Assembly: GCA_045600345.1 (NCBI GenBank)
Contig: JAZRXU010000056.1
Coordinates: forward strand, 1-55,806
DNA length: 55,806 nt
Direction: 5' to 3'
DNA from: Candidatus Cryptobacteroides sp.
GTDB taxonomy: Bacteria; Bacteroidota; Bacteroidia; Bacteroidales; UBA932
Numbering within the stretch: the stretch's first letter is position 1; every line of letters starts with the position of its first letter. Positions 1 to 9,905 of the stretch are shown here, piece by piece. Both the position numbers and the translations under genes were made by a program. A model generated the notes under the pieces. It made no database searches. It saw nothing but the letters and a program-made list of their open reading frames with translations, and was not told where the DNA came from.

Positions 1-1
1 G

Positions 2-3000
2 GGTATTACGGTTGACTTCTTCCCCATAAATACCGCTGATTCCGGTACGATAGAGGATTGGGTGAAGGCGCACGAAGGATTCTCAAAGGTCCGTTACTCT
101 GTCACCCCTCGCACCCCGGAGCAGACCGAGGCAATGTTCGAAAGAGCAAAAGAGATCTTTGGCACCACCAGAGATCTTCGCGAGGCTGGCTACCTGCTTC
201 CCGATGGCACACTGCTTGACTTTAGTGAGAAGAGGGGCGGAGGCCAGCCTGGCACGCGTAACCTTGACCACAGGGCAATTGGCCGTGCAATGGAGGAGAT
301 ATACGACATGCAGACAGATTATCTGACCAACTTTGTGCATGATGGAGCAATCCGTTTGATGCCTGAGTCGGCCGGAATCCACTTGGCTGCTATGCCCACT
401 GCGAAGCAGAAGAGTGTTCTGCGTGACTTCATCTATCGCTACAATGGCGAGGTTATTCTGGAAATGGACGATGCTCAGGGCTACTCTGATGCGTATGCTG
501 AATATGATGAACGGACATCACCTACGCGCGTACTTAATGATATTAAGGCTTACATCGAGAAAGGCGTACAGCCTGTAGGTAACATGATGTTCTCTGTCAC
601 TCCTGAGGCTCAGAAGGAGATGGATGACATCGTGGCACAGGCGAAAGCTGACGGCACGTATATGCTGGCTCCCAATGGCGCCAAGTCCAACCTGAATGCA
701 GAGCAGTGGGCCATGGTTCGTACAAAGAACTTCCGCAATTTCTTTGGGGACTGGATGAAGCAGATTCGTATAAACAAACTGCTCAACAGTAAGGCTATTG
801 AAATTAAACCAGAGGATTACAGCGGATACGACATCCATGACGTAGCAAGTGTTAAAGCATGGATGAAGGATAACCTACGCTCCGATCAGTATGAGAACTT
901 TGATACTAAGGACCAAGTGGAAGTTTCAAGAGTGGGTATAAATGAGGTTACCAGCCATGGTACCCAGTCAGAGGAACACATGAAGTCAATCTGTGCGATT
1001 CCTGCAATGATTAATAATTCGATATTTATCGAAGAGCAACCGAATACAAAAGGTAACGATAAGTTCGATTCATATCGCTACTATGTATGTGGGCTTAAGA
1101 TTGACGGTGCTGACTACACCGCTAAGATTGTTGTAGGTGTCAAGAATGGCAGGAAGTACTACGATCACCGACTTAGCCAAATAGAAAAAGGCACCCTCAT
1201 TGAAAGCCTTAACGGACTATCGAACTCCGTAGCTAATGAGAATGCCATTTCAGATGTCAAAGATAGTAAATTGGTATCTATTCTCCAAAATAATAGTTCC
1301 AAGGTTGTCGATGAGAATGGCGAACCTATGGTGGTGTACCATGGTACTCCCGACTATGGCTTCCATATCTTTGATACAAGACTGACAAGGAATAAAGGAA
1401 AGGACAATGTGGGTAGCCACTTTGGCAGTGAGGAACAGGCACTCTCTTTTGAGTCTCCTGACAAGACGTATAGCGTGTTCCTTAACCTAAGGAATCCTTA
1501 TAAGGAGGACCTGGACTTCTTTGCTGACGAATATAATAATGCGTATATCGAAGCAATTCTCGACCTTGATTCCGCCTCGAAGAAACCGGAGACACATGAG
1601 TTGTTCCAGAAGCTATATGACATTTATCCCCAGTTGAAAGATGTTGAGTTGGATCCCGTCAAGATAGCTGAGCAGTTCAGAGATGATGAGGGACTTGATA
1701 ACGAGGTTGGCGAAGATGGAATTCTGCGCACAAATAGTATGGAAGAGTGGGCAGAACATAGAAATGCGCTGGCTATGCTTTATCGCAATATGCTGGAGAC
1801 TGAGGGCTATGACGGAGTCGTGTACAGTAATTGGTATGAGGGCAACACTGAAAGGTCAAACAATTTCAGTTATGTTGCGCTGGAGCCTAACCAAATCAAG
1901 TCTGCTACAGATAACTCAGGCGAATTCTCGAACGATAATAATGATATTCGTTACTCCGTCACTCCTGAGGAGGAAAGCTCAGATGTAAGGTACAGCCAGG
2001 CTGGCCGCGTTGATTATACAGTGCGTAACGCTAAGACCTACGATCAGATTCGTGAGGCGGGTCTAGCGTACACTCTCGGTGACGATGTGTATTCATCGAT
2101 GATGATGCAGATCTACAACGCGGCCCCGGCGGATATGGTAAGCGCGATGAACCGGGAGGCTATGCGCAGTAAGTTTGACTTCGTCGGCCAGATTTCTGCA
2201 AGGCTTGCAGAGATTGCTGCCAATCCCACTCCTAGTGAGGCAGAGGCTAAACTACTGGACGACGCCGTGTCAATTCTGAGGAACACTGTCGGTCGCATGC
2301 CGAATAATGATGCGAAGTGGATGCTGTACCTCAATGGCATTGCCGGTAAGCACGACCTTGCTTCTGAGATTCAGCGTGCAGACGTGGCTGACCGTCTGGG
2401 TTTCGATCCCAAGTCCATGGAAATGAAGCGTGAGCAGTTTAATGAGAATGCTATCAACGACGTGGATATGCACTTCAGTATGTCTGCTGCCGATATTTAT
2501 GCTGCATCTCTTGGCGTAAACACTGCGCTGAAAGAGGCACACGCTGATATGTATGAATCTGTTCGTGAGCTCATGAAGGCTGTCGAAAAGACTTCTGACA
2601 AACCGGCACGTCCATACGAGGATGTACTTCTGACTCTGAACCAGCTGTCTTCAAAGAACTTCGCTGACAAGGATAGATATATCCGTGATTATCTCCAGCC
2701 AATGTGGGATGTGATACGCGCTGTAGTAGCATATCATAATAAACAGAATCCTAAGAATCCTATCACATTGGATGCTGTGCAGAGTTATGTTATGTTGAAG
2801 CACGGTCTAGAGCGTAACGAGAAGTTTGCCAAGAGGGATGCGCTTGCAAAATGGGCTGCATGGTATGAGTCCATGAAGGAAGCTATCAAGGAGAATCAGA
2901 CCGTGAAGGAGGCTAAGCTCAAGGCTGCTCAGGAGAGACTCCAGGCGGCTCAGGAAGAGTTTGATGAGACGCAGCGTTTGTCTGGCATGTCTCCAAAGGC

Positions 3001-6000
3001 TGAGGCTAAGGCTCGTCAGAAGATTGCTATGCTGGAGGACGCTGTTAAGGAGGCTCAGTATGCATCTACTGCAGACCAGGAGAAGCTGGATCGCGACTAC
3101 GAGAATCACAAGGCCGCTGTAGAACGTGGGACTGATGCCTATTATAAGGAGAATCGTGAAAAGGATTACTCTGGTATTATGGCCCAGTTCTATGAGCAGA
3201 AGGCCGATGTCGTCCGAATCAAGGGTGAGAGCCGCCAACACTTCCTGGCACGTAAGCGCAATGCAAAAGTGCCCAAGTACGAGAAGCTTCATGAGGCAGA
3301 GGCAGAGGCAAGGAGAATCATCCACGATATCGAGTCTGATCTGTTTGTGTTTGGAGAAGATGTCAAAGCTTACAATAAAATTAAAGGGGTCTCTGGCGCC
3401 GCAAAGGTTACCGGCGAGACGGACCTTGTGGCTCTGCTGTGGGAAAAGATTAATGCCTGCACGAAAGAGACCCTGCGACACCAGAAGGCTTCGGGTGTTA
3501 TCAGTAAAGCACAGTACGATGCACTGGCCGGTATGTTCGAGTATTATGTACCTTTTCGTGGCTTCAGTGAAGGCCAGGCATCTGACCTGTATACCTACAT
3601 GACCACCAGCGACAGCGGCTTCAATAATCCTATACTGAAGGCTAAGGGTCGCGTGTCAAAGGCTGAGAATCCTTTCGGCATGATTGCTTCTGCTGCTGAG
3701 TCAGCTATCCAGGAAGATAATAAGAACGTGGCCAAGATGGCGCTGTATTACTTCGTCCTGAATAGGGGAGGCAACGGTCTGATCGAGACTACTGACGCAT
3801 TCTATTCTTTTGAAGGCAAGGATGCAAACGGCAAGTCTATCTGGGTCCCTCATTATCCTAACCTTACGGGCAAGTACACTGCGGAGCAGATCGAGAAGGC
3901 ATGGGATGAACTGGAAGAGCAGATGCATGCCAAACAGGCAGCTGGTCAGCCCGTTCGTCGTGGCCTTGCAAAGATTGACCTTCAGAACGCTGTCATCAAG
4001 GTGGGCGATGAGGTCGTGCCCGAGCATATTATAAAGGTTAAGGTGAACGGTAAGGATGTGGATATGCTGATTAACAGCAACCCTCGTGCCGCTCAGGCTA
4101 TCAACGGTCTGCTGAATAGCGAGGTGGTGAAGGATAACGAATGGTTCAAAAAATTCCTGATGGGCTGGAACAGACTCATGTCATCCCTGGCGACATCATT
4201 GAATCCGGCATTTGCCATCCCTAACTTTATTCGAGATGTTCAATACGCACAGGTGTCCACATGGGTTGACCATGGTGCAGGCTTCACCATGGCCATGGAC
4301 AAATACATTGCAAAGCTACTGCTGCCAGGTAGAATCTTCAGGCTTGTGGCTATGGAAGGCGGTGGCAAAGGACTCAATATCCGCAAGTATTGTCCCGAAC
4401 TTGCTAGGCTCTATGAGGAATTCGTAGCGAACGGCGGCCCTACTGGTTATACATACCTTACTAATAATAAGGACTATGATAAGAAACTGGAGAAGTTCAT
4501 GAAGACACAGAGCTCCAGAGCTCGAAAAGCCCTGCACAACGCCTTCGAGATGTTTAATGATATCATGGAAAGTGTTGAGCTCATTACCAGATTCGCGGCC
4601 TATCTTGCTGCCAAGGAACAGGGTATGAGCATCGTTGAGGCTGTAAACGCTGCGAAGGAAGTGACTCTGAACTTCAACAGAAAAGGATCCGGCAAGGCTA
4701 TCGGCTGGGATGAGGCTGCACAGTTTGCGCAGAGCGACAATGCTGTCATCAACTTCATGCAGCGCTCGGCTGTAATGCTGCTTTCTGCACCTGCAGCGCT
4801 TAAACCGCTGGTTATGTTCTACAATGCGGCCATCCAAGGCCTGACCAAGTTCTTTAAGATGTACGGGAAAGCACCTGCCAAAATGACAGCCGTCTGTGCA
4901 TTTGCTATGACAATGGGTGCAATGAATGCACTGACGCATGCGCTGGCCGGTGGTGGCGATGACGATGATGATGAAGTCAATGACTACTTCAACATTCCGT
5001 CATACCTGCGCAGAAAAGCATTGTGTTTCGGTGGTTGGGGAGACGATAAAAGTAAATATGTGGCCATGCCTATTGCACAGGAAATTGCTCCCTTCTATGG
5101 CCTGGGCGACCTACTTGTAACGTCTATGTTCTCGGTTGGCGGCAAGCCTAAACTGTATCCCAATGCCAGACCTATGGCTGAAATTGCTCAGATGTTTGGC
5201 GAGTGGCTTCCTTTCAATGTGGGCGAGATTGTTGCAGATGAGAAAGGTATTGCACATGGCACAATGGAGGCTGTATTCCGTGGCATAGCTGCTGCAAGCA
5301 CGCCTTATTCGCTCATGACCAACAGGACATTCTATGGCGCTTCCATCCATCCCGAGAATCGCTTCGAGACAGAGGAGCAGGCCGGCCATGGCGCCAAGTG
5401 GCAGAAGGCTCGTCCCAAGACTGGCAAGGCATTCATCGAGATATCCAAGTTTTTGAACAAGGTATCTGGCGGCGATGATGTAGTGGGAGGTAAGTTGAAC
5501 TTCTATCCTGACGATATCCAGTTCCTCTTTGACGATGTCATGGGTGGCACAGGCAAGTTTGTTCAGCAGGTTATTACTTATACCTCGAAGAAGGTTGCAG
5601 GTTCGGACATCCGCACGGATGAGATTCCGATTGTCAGCAGGCTGATGACAGACACCATGGAAAAGAGTCATGAGTCGTATTATACCGAAATCTTCCGCTG
5701 GGCCGATCAGTCGCTCTCTCTGATAAGTGATGACGTTAAGAAGTATAGAGAACTGTTCATCAGCAAGGATGAAAACCTGTCAGAGCTTAACAGTATGGCA
5801 AATGGTATTCTCGGTGATCTGAAGGGTATTAGAGGTAAGGACGCTACGGAGGTGCGTAAGGTAATTGAGGAAGCCCAGGCATACATGAGGAAGATCGACC
5901 CCGAGAAGTATATCCCTGCCAAGCGACTCAAGGAACCCATGATGCAAGTGTACCTGCAGCTGGATACAGCCATGACGGGAGATTACCTGCCGCCGCAGTT

Positions 6001-6130
6001 GGATTCTTTGCAGAAGGAAATCAAGAAGACCGTGGATCCGGAGAAGAGAAAACTTCTGATGGAGCAGCGTCTGATTCTCCAGAAGCGATTCGTTGAGGAC
6101 CTGAACAAACGTCTTGATGCTCTTCGCTAA
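2..6130 (+). CDS. Large polyvalent (virion-ejected) protein, 5'-truncated; LPD3-like, ART-PolyVal-like ADP-ribosyltransferase and C-terminal LPD38-like domains
   Basis: Frame is open from position 2, upstream of the GTG at 62. ART-PolyVal-like motifs SKVVDENGEPMVVYHGT...VFLNLRNP...GYDGVV...PNQIKSATDN. LPD3-like YRYYVCGLKIDGADYTAK...KYYDHRL. LPD38-like NFNRKG...MFYNAAIQG...YVAMPIAQE...NRTFYG. RYSV/MFSV linkers between domains. Confidence 0.8.
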   Translation, partial: GITVDFFPINTADSGTIEDWVKAHEGFSKVRYSVTPRTPEQTEAMFERAKEIFGTTRDLREAGYLLPDGTLLDFSEKRGGGQPGTRNLDHRAIGRAMEEIYDMQTDYLTNFVHDGAIRLMPESAGIHLAAMPTAKQKSVLRDFIYRYNGEVILEMDDAQGYSDAYAEYDERTSPTRVLNDIKAYIEKGVQPVGNMMFSVTPEAQKEMDDIVAQAKADGTYMLAPNGAKSNLNAEQWAMVRTKNFRNFFGDWMKQIRINKLLNSKAIEIKPEDYSGYDIHDVASVKAWMKDNLRSDQYENFDTKDQVEVSRVGINEVTSHGTQSEEHMKSICAIPAMINNSIFIEEQPNTKGNDKFDSYRYYVCGLKIDGADYTAKIVVGVKNGRKYYDHRLSQIEKGTLIESLNGLSNSVANENAISDVKDSKLVSILQNNSSKVVDENGEPMVVYHGTPDYGFHIFDTRLTRNKGKDNVGSHFGSEEQALSFESPDKTYSVFLNLRNPYKEDLDFFADEYNNAYIEAILDLDSASKKPETHELFQKLYDIYPQLKDVELDPVKIAEQFRDDEGLDNEVGEDGILRTNSMEEWAEHRNALAMLYRNMLETEGYDGVVYSNWYEGNTERSNNFSYVALEPNQIKSATDNSGEFSNDNNDIRYSVTPEEESSDVRYSQAGRVDYTVRNAKTYDQIREAGLAYTLGDDVYSSMMMQIYNAAPADMVSAMNREAMRSKFDFVGQISARLAEIAANPTPSEAEAKLLDDAVSILRNTVGRMPNNDAKWMLYLNGIAGKHDLASEIQRADVADRLGFDPKSMEMKREQFNENAINDVDMHFSMSAADIYAASLGVNTALKEAHADMYESVRELMKAVEKTSDKPARPYEDVLLTLNQLSSKNFADKDRYIRDYLQPMWDVIRAVVAYHNKQNPKNPITLDAVQSYVMLKHGLERNEKFAKRDALAKWAAWYESMKEAIKENQTVKEAKLKAAQERLQAAQEEFDETQRLSGMSPKAEAKARQKIAMLEDAVKEAQYASTADQEKLDRDYENHKAAVERGTDAYYKENREKDYSGIMAQFYEQKADVVRIKGESRQHFLARKRNAKVPKYEKLHEAEAEARRIIHDIESDLFVFGEDVKAYNKIKGVSGAAKVTGETDLVALLWEKINACTKETLRHQKASGVISKAQYDALAGMFEYYVPFRGFSEGQASDLYTYMTTSDSGFNNPILKAKGRVSKAENPFGMIASAAESAIQEDNKNVAKMALYYFVLNRGGNGLIETTDAFYSFEGKDANGKSIWVPHYPNLTGKYTAEQIEKAWDELEEQMHAKQAAGQPVRRGLAKIDLQNAVIKVGDEVVPEHIIKVKVNGKDVDMLINSNPRAAQAINGLLNSEVVKDNEWFKKFLMGWNRLMSSLATSLNPAFAIPNFIRDVQYAQVSTWVDHGAGFTMAMDKYIAKLLLPGRIFRLVAMEGGGKGLNIRKYCPELARLYEEFVANGGPTGYTYLTNNKDYDKKLEKFMKTQSSRARKALHNAFEMFNDIMESVELITRFAAYLAAKEQGMSIVEAVNAAKEVTLNFNRKGSGKAIGWDEAAQFAQSDNAVINFMQRSAVMLLSAPAALKPLVMFYNAAIQGLTKFFKMYGKAPAKMTAVCAFAMTMGAMNALTHALAGGGDDDDDEVNDYFNIPSYLRRKALCFGGWGDDKSKYVAMPIAQEIAPFYGLGDLLVTSMFSVGGKPKLYPNARPMAEIAQMFGEWLPFNVGEIVADEKGIAHGTMEAVFRGIAAASTPYSLMTNRTFYGASIHPENRFETEEQAGHGAKWQKARPKTGKAFIEISKFLNKVSGGDDVVGGKLNFYPDDIQFLFDDVMGGTGKFVQQVITYTSKKVAGSDIRTDEIPIVSRLMTDTMEKSHESYYTEIFRWADQSLSLISDDVKKYRELFISKDENLSELNSMANGILGDLKGIRGKDATEVRKVIEEAQAYMRKIDPEKYIPAKRLKEPMMQVYLQLDTAMTGDYLPPQLDSLQKEIKKTVDPEKRKLLMEQRLILQKRFVEDLNKRLDALR
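1185..1252 (-). ncRNA. Candidate antisense sRNA inside the giant gene, directly after the LPD3-like domain
   Basis: Minus strand forms a 12-bp stem GGCAUUCUCAUU/AAUGAGGGUGCC with two G.U pairs (C-A mismatches on the + strand), an inner stem ACGGA/UCCGU with loop GUUCGAUAG, and then UUUUU. Preceded by a canonical promoter. Confidence 0.65.
1258..1289 (-). promoter_or_regulatory. Bacteroidetes primary-sigma promoter, antisense and intragenic
   Basis: On the minus strand: TTTG (1286-1289), N20, TATCTTTG (1258-1265). Exact match to the TTTG-N19-21-TAnnTTTG consensus. Confidence 0.7.
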
Positions 6131-6174
6131 GGGTTAAGATAAAGTTGGGTTATTTGTTTGCTGGCCTACTTTTG
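6127..6174 (+). promoter_or_regulatory. Phage promoter box copy 1
   Basis: CTAAGGGTTAAGATAAAGTTGG, then TACTTTTG (6167-6174) 19 nt after GTTG. Confidence 0.8.
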
Positions 6175-6191
6175 CGCAAAAACAAAGAAGT

Positions 6192-9100
6192 ATGCCAGTA
6201 AAACAAATACAGTTGCGAGGGATTTCGCGCACGCCTTCAGACCGCATGATTGCGGATGGGGGAGTGGCGGAGTCCCTTAATGTGTTCATCGACAACACAG
6301 AGTCAGCACCAGCTCTCCTGCCCAATGATATAACCGCTGCCGAGGGCCTGCCTACAGACAAGAAGTATGACGTCCTGTTCATCCACAAGGGAAACGGCTA
6401 CACGAATTATATCTGTCAGTATGAAATGAATGATTATAGTGCGACGGCCTATATCGTAGGTGCTACAGATGTAAGAAGGATTGTTGAGCAAGCTGAATAC
6501 CTCGCTAACGATTACGCGTCATACTACCACTCTGTTAAAGGAAAGTTCTTGCCAATCTCAGTAATAAATAGATTCAAAAATGCGCTAAGTGATTTTCAGG
6601 AGAACCCTAGGGTTTTGCTTCCCGGCATAACTTTCCATAGCCACAAGGAGAGAGATGAGTTTATTGGCGGCTGGCAGGCGGGGGATGAAGTGCAGTTGAC
6701 CTATGAATATGAAGAGACCGGCTCGGAAGCAAAGGGCATTGGTGTATGGGATAATGGCGAGTTCAAGCCTTTCCTCTCATTGGCTGAGGGAGAGGTGTTC
6801 AAGCTCATGACATCTGTCGGTAATACCTTGATTATTTCTACATCATCTCATACATGGTATAGTCTGTACAGAGGAGGGGAGTATATTAATCTTGGCACTT
6901 CTATCCCCATGCCCAGGATTCGGTTCTCTATGGTAGAATGTGAAAGTAAGCTGCCTCCGGACCCTTGGCATACCCGGGCCATCTACGATTATCATATTGA
7001 CGAGAAAACCGGCTACCAAAGCTGGAACACAAAATACGAGAAGGAGGAAGAACTTGACTCTAAGATCTATGACCTTCTGTGCGAAAAAATCATTGAAGAT
7101 GACAGGCACATGAGTGATAATGGCGTGTATTCGTATCCTGTCTTTATTAACTTCGGCGTGGAACTTTACGATGGATCAAAGCATTGTGTAATGCCAATCA
7201 TGATGGGAGCCGGTATATCATCACCTTACCAGATAATGGCTACCTCGACGGATTGTATGTTCGAGCCGCAGTACGAGAGGTCCTTTATCAATTTTGCAAG
7301 GACCAATGCCTATAAGATTGCTTATACCATTGAGTCCCTGCCGGACAATTGGGAACTCTGGAAGGACTTGATTGCGAATATCTCTTTTTACGTCTCTGCC
7401 CCTATCGGGCAATCATTGCCGTACGGGAAAGCGGCGCAAGCCACCCTTGTTGATACGATAGAGTGGGAAGTCGGAGCCAGCAGTGGAATTCCTCACGTGG
7501 CCAGAGCATCAATCTATGAGATAACCCTTGGCTCCAAAAAAGATAGGATGGAAACGCTTATTGAGCAGAATAATGCTCTGTACGTCCTGAAATCATTTAC
7601 ATTCGAAGAACTGACCAAAGTTAAGCTGAACACAACGACAGAGATAAACAGCAAGAATAAAATCCTTCAGGATGAAATAGTTTCAGAGAAAACACTTCTC
7701 AAGGACTATGAATTGTCCGAACCAGAGTATCAGTATACGGACGTACGTTCAATAAATAACAGGTTGCTGGCGTACGGTGTACATGAAAAGATCACAACAG
7801 ACTCGTATCACCTGCCATGTATATCGACAAATATTGCTGCCCGAAGCCAATGGAAATTTGTGTGCTATTATAACTACGGGAGCTTGGCCTCATTAATTGG
7901 TAAGCAGTACGCATTCAATTACCCTAAACATATAGAGGAGGGGTATACCATTGAGTTTAGGTTTGTGGTGATCAAGGGCGATGCAAAGGTTGTCGTACTG
8001 AACAATGCGGTCTCAGTGAATAGTCTGGGCGGTAATAACGATACGTATGCGTTTATTACTTGCCCGTATGTGAATGCGACACATGTGCAGGTAGAGATTC
8101 GCAAGGATGCCGGCGGAACCTTCTATAAGACCTTCCAGCTAAAGCCTTTAGGATCTTCGCCGATGTCGTACTACTACGGGGACTTGGCAGAACCTTTGTT
8201 CTCGGCGTGTGAACAAGAGTCTGAAAATACGCCACTAGAGTTAACGTCTCCATGGATAAACAGGACTGATACTATCATTCTCTCGAATGTAGACTCGCCG
8301 TTTTACTTTCCAATCAGTAAGATGCAGACCTATCCATCGCCTGTCATTGGAATTGGAGCCGTAACAAAGCCCCTTTCTCAGGGACAGTTCGGCGAGTTTG
8401 AGCTGTATATCTTTACCGAGGGAGGCGTATATGTTGTAGCTATCGACCCAGATGGGTCTCTGGGTAAAAAGAGAATTGTAAGCGGCGAAGTTGCCATTCC
8501 CGGTACAATCACATCCTTGGAGCAGGGTGTACTCTTCGCAACCGACAAAGGCCTCATGAGTATCGTTGGATCCGACGTGACCAACTTGTCACCGGATATG
8601 AACGGCAAGCACTATGTCCTGGAGGAGAGCGTGGCGAAAGCACTGTCACGTGATGACAACTGGAAGGACCTAGTTCCCATCCTGCAGGACAGTACTCCTT
8701 TTATGGACTTTGTGCGCACGAGCAGCAGCATGTTCGACTATGCCAATAGCCGTATCATAATGGTATCGTCAGAGGATCCTGGCTATCACTACCTGTTGAA
8801 GCTTGACACCAATACATGGCACAAACTCTCTTCGGATGTCGTAATCAAACGAATTCTGAATTCCTTCCCCAAAGCATACGCCCAGGTGGAACTGGCCGAC
8901 GGCACAACGGCTCTGTATGACTATTCACCAGAGCTTTCAAATATCAAGGCTCAGACCGGTAAGGGCGTAATCATTACGCGTCCGTTTGACCTTGGCGAGA
9001 CGGATGTCCGCAAGTCCATCAACAGGCTGCTTGTGCGAGGCGACTTCGCGAAGGCTCATGTACAGCTCATCCTGCTAGGCTCTATGGATGGCCGCAAGTT

Positions 9101-9236
9101 TACATGGATTCCTGCACGTCATGGTAGCAGCTGGAAGTGTTTCCGTGCGATGCTCTTGCTGGACCTGGACAAGTATGAGAGAGTCTCGTATCTGGATATT
9201 GAATATGATTCTCGATTCATAAATAAACTTCGCTAA
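6192..9236 (+). CDS. Putative tail tube/nozzle ('stabilization') structural protein
   Basis: 1014 aa. N-term QLRGISRTPSD and C-term SQGQFGEFELYIFTEGGVY / ITRPFDLG resemble Bacteroidetes podophage tail proteins. Lies next to ejection protein and portal genes. Confidence 0.55.
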   Translation: MPVKQIQLRGISRTPSDRMIADGGVAESLNVFIDNTESAPALLPNDITAAEGLPTDKKYDVLFIHKGNGYTNYICQYEMNDYSATAYIVGATDVRRIVEQAEYLANDYASYYHSVKGKFLPISVINRFKNALSDFQENPRVLLPGITFHSHKERDEFIGGWQAGDEVQLTYEYEETGSEAKGIGVWDNGEFKPFLSLAEGEVFKLMTSVGNTLIISTSSHTWYSLYRGGEYINLGTSIPMPRIRFSMVECESKLPPDPWHTRAIYDYHIDEKTGYQSWNTKYEKEEELDSKIYDLLCEKIIEDDRHMSDNGVYSYPVFINFGVELYDGSKHCVMPIMMGAGISSPYQIMATSTDCMFEPQYERSFINFARTNAYKIAYTIESLPDNWELWKDLIANISFYVSAPIGQSLPYGKAAQATLVDTIEWEVGASSGIPHVARASIYEITLGSKKDRMETLIEQNNALYVLKSFTFEELTKVKLNTTTEINSKNKILQDEIVSEKTLLKDYELSEPEYQYTDVRSINNRLLAYGVHEKITTDSYHLPCISTNIAARSQWKFVCYYNYGSLASLIGKQYAFNYPKHIEEGYTIEFRFVVIKGDAKVVVLNNAVSVNSLGGNNDTYAFITCPYVNATHVQVEIRKDAGGTFYKTFQLKPLGSSPMSYYYGDLAEPLFSACEQESENTPLELTSPWINRTDTIILSNVDSPFYFPISKMQTYPSPVIGIGAVTKPLSQGQFGEFELYIFTEGGVYVVAIDPDGSLGKKRIVSGEVAIPGTITSLEQGVLFATDKGLMSIVGSDVTNLSPDMNGKHYVLEESVAKALSRDDNWKDLVPILQDSTPFMDFVRTSSSMFDYANSRIIMVSSEDPGYHYLLKLDTNTWHKLSSDVVIKRILNSFPKAYAQVELADGTTALYDYSPELSNIKAQTGKGVIITRPFDLGETDVRKSINRLLVRGDFAKAHVQLILLGSMDGRKFTWIPARHGSSWKCFRAMLLLDLDKYERVSYLDIEYDSRFINKLR

Positions 9237-9280
9237 GGGTTAAGATAAAGTTGGACACCAAAACCGCGTGGCTACATTTG
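9233..9280 (+). promoter_or_regulatory. Phage promoter box copy 2
   Basis: Same 22-mer, then TACATTTG (9273-9280) at 19 nt spacing. Confidence 0.8.
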
Positions 9281-9301
9281 TTCTATAAATCAGAATAAGA
9301 T

Positions 9302-9589
9302 ATGAAAGAATTCATGAAGAAATTTTTTGAAGCCAGCAAGAAGGCCTGCTCTTTTCTGGGACTATATGCCCTGAATGAGGTAGAGTCTGTTGCGCTTGCA
9401 ATGGCTTGCTTTGGTAAGATTCACCCTCTGTGGGTGCCCATGTTGGCTGTTGTACTGCTTGCGTTTGTTGTACGCTTTGTAAAAATAAACCACTCTGTTA
9501 TCCCAGTCGTACAGTGGAAGAACTGGTTTGCAAGATTGATTTTCGGTCTTGTGCTTGGTTCCCTGATTGTAGTAATCTTAGCCTCTTAA
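9302..9589 (+). CDS. Small membrane protein
   Basis: 95 aa, 2-3 hydrophobic segments. Confidence 0.6.
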   Translation: MKEFMKKFFEASKKACSFLGLYALNEVESVALAMACFGKIHPLWVPMLAVVLLAFVVRFVKINHSVIPVVQWKNWFARLIFGLVLGSLIVVILAS

Positions 9590-9593
9590 CCTT

Positions 9594-9824
9594 ATGGAAA
9601 AGCGCAGTTTCATCTTCTATTGCTGTCTGGTAGTCACAGTTATCCTACTTTTGTGGGGATTCATCACACCTCCGCAAGGTGTTATTGATGGCAGCGTCTT
9701 GATTGGTGGTAGCATTCTATTTGCCTTTGCGACGCTTGATGCCGGCTTACGCGCTTTTGCCGAGGGAAGTATATTCAAGATGAAACATAGCGATACCGAG
9801 GTCGAGATCAGTAAGAATAAATAA
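9594..9824 (+). CDS. Holin-like 2-TM protein
   Basis: 76 aa, two TM segments flanking PPQGVIDGSVL, charged C-terminus. Confidence 0.5.
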   Translation: MEKRSFIFYCCLVVTVILLLWGFITPPQGVIDGSVLIGGSILFAFATLDAGLRAFAEGSIFKMKHSDTEVEISKNK

Positions 9825-9874
9825 GATAAACATATCGTGGTGGGTATGTCTTAAATCAAATCTTTACTTTACCT

Positions 9875-9899
9875 GGAGGGGGCACCACCCCTCCTTTTT
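9875..9899 (+). terminator. Intrinsic terminator
   Basis: GGAGGGG...CCCCTCC followed by TTTTT. Confidence 0.55.
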
Positions 9900-9905
9900 C
9901 TATCT

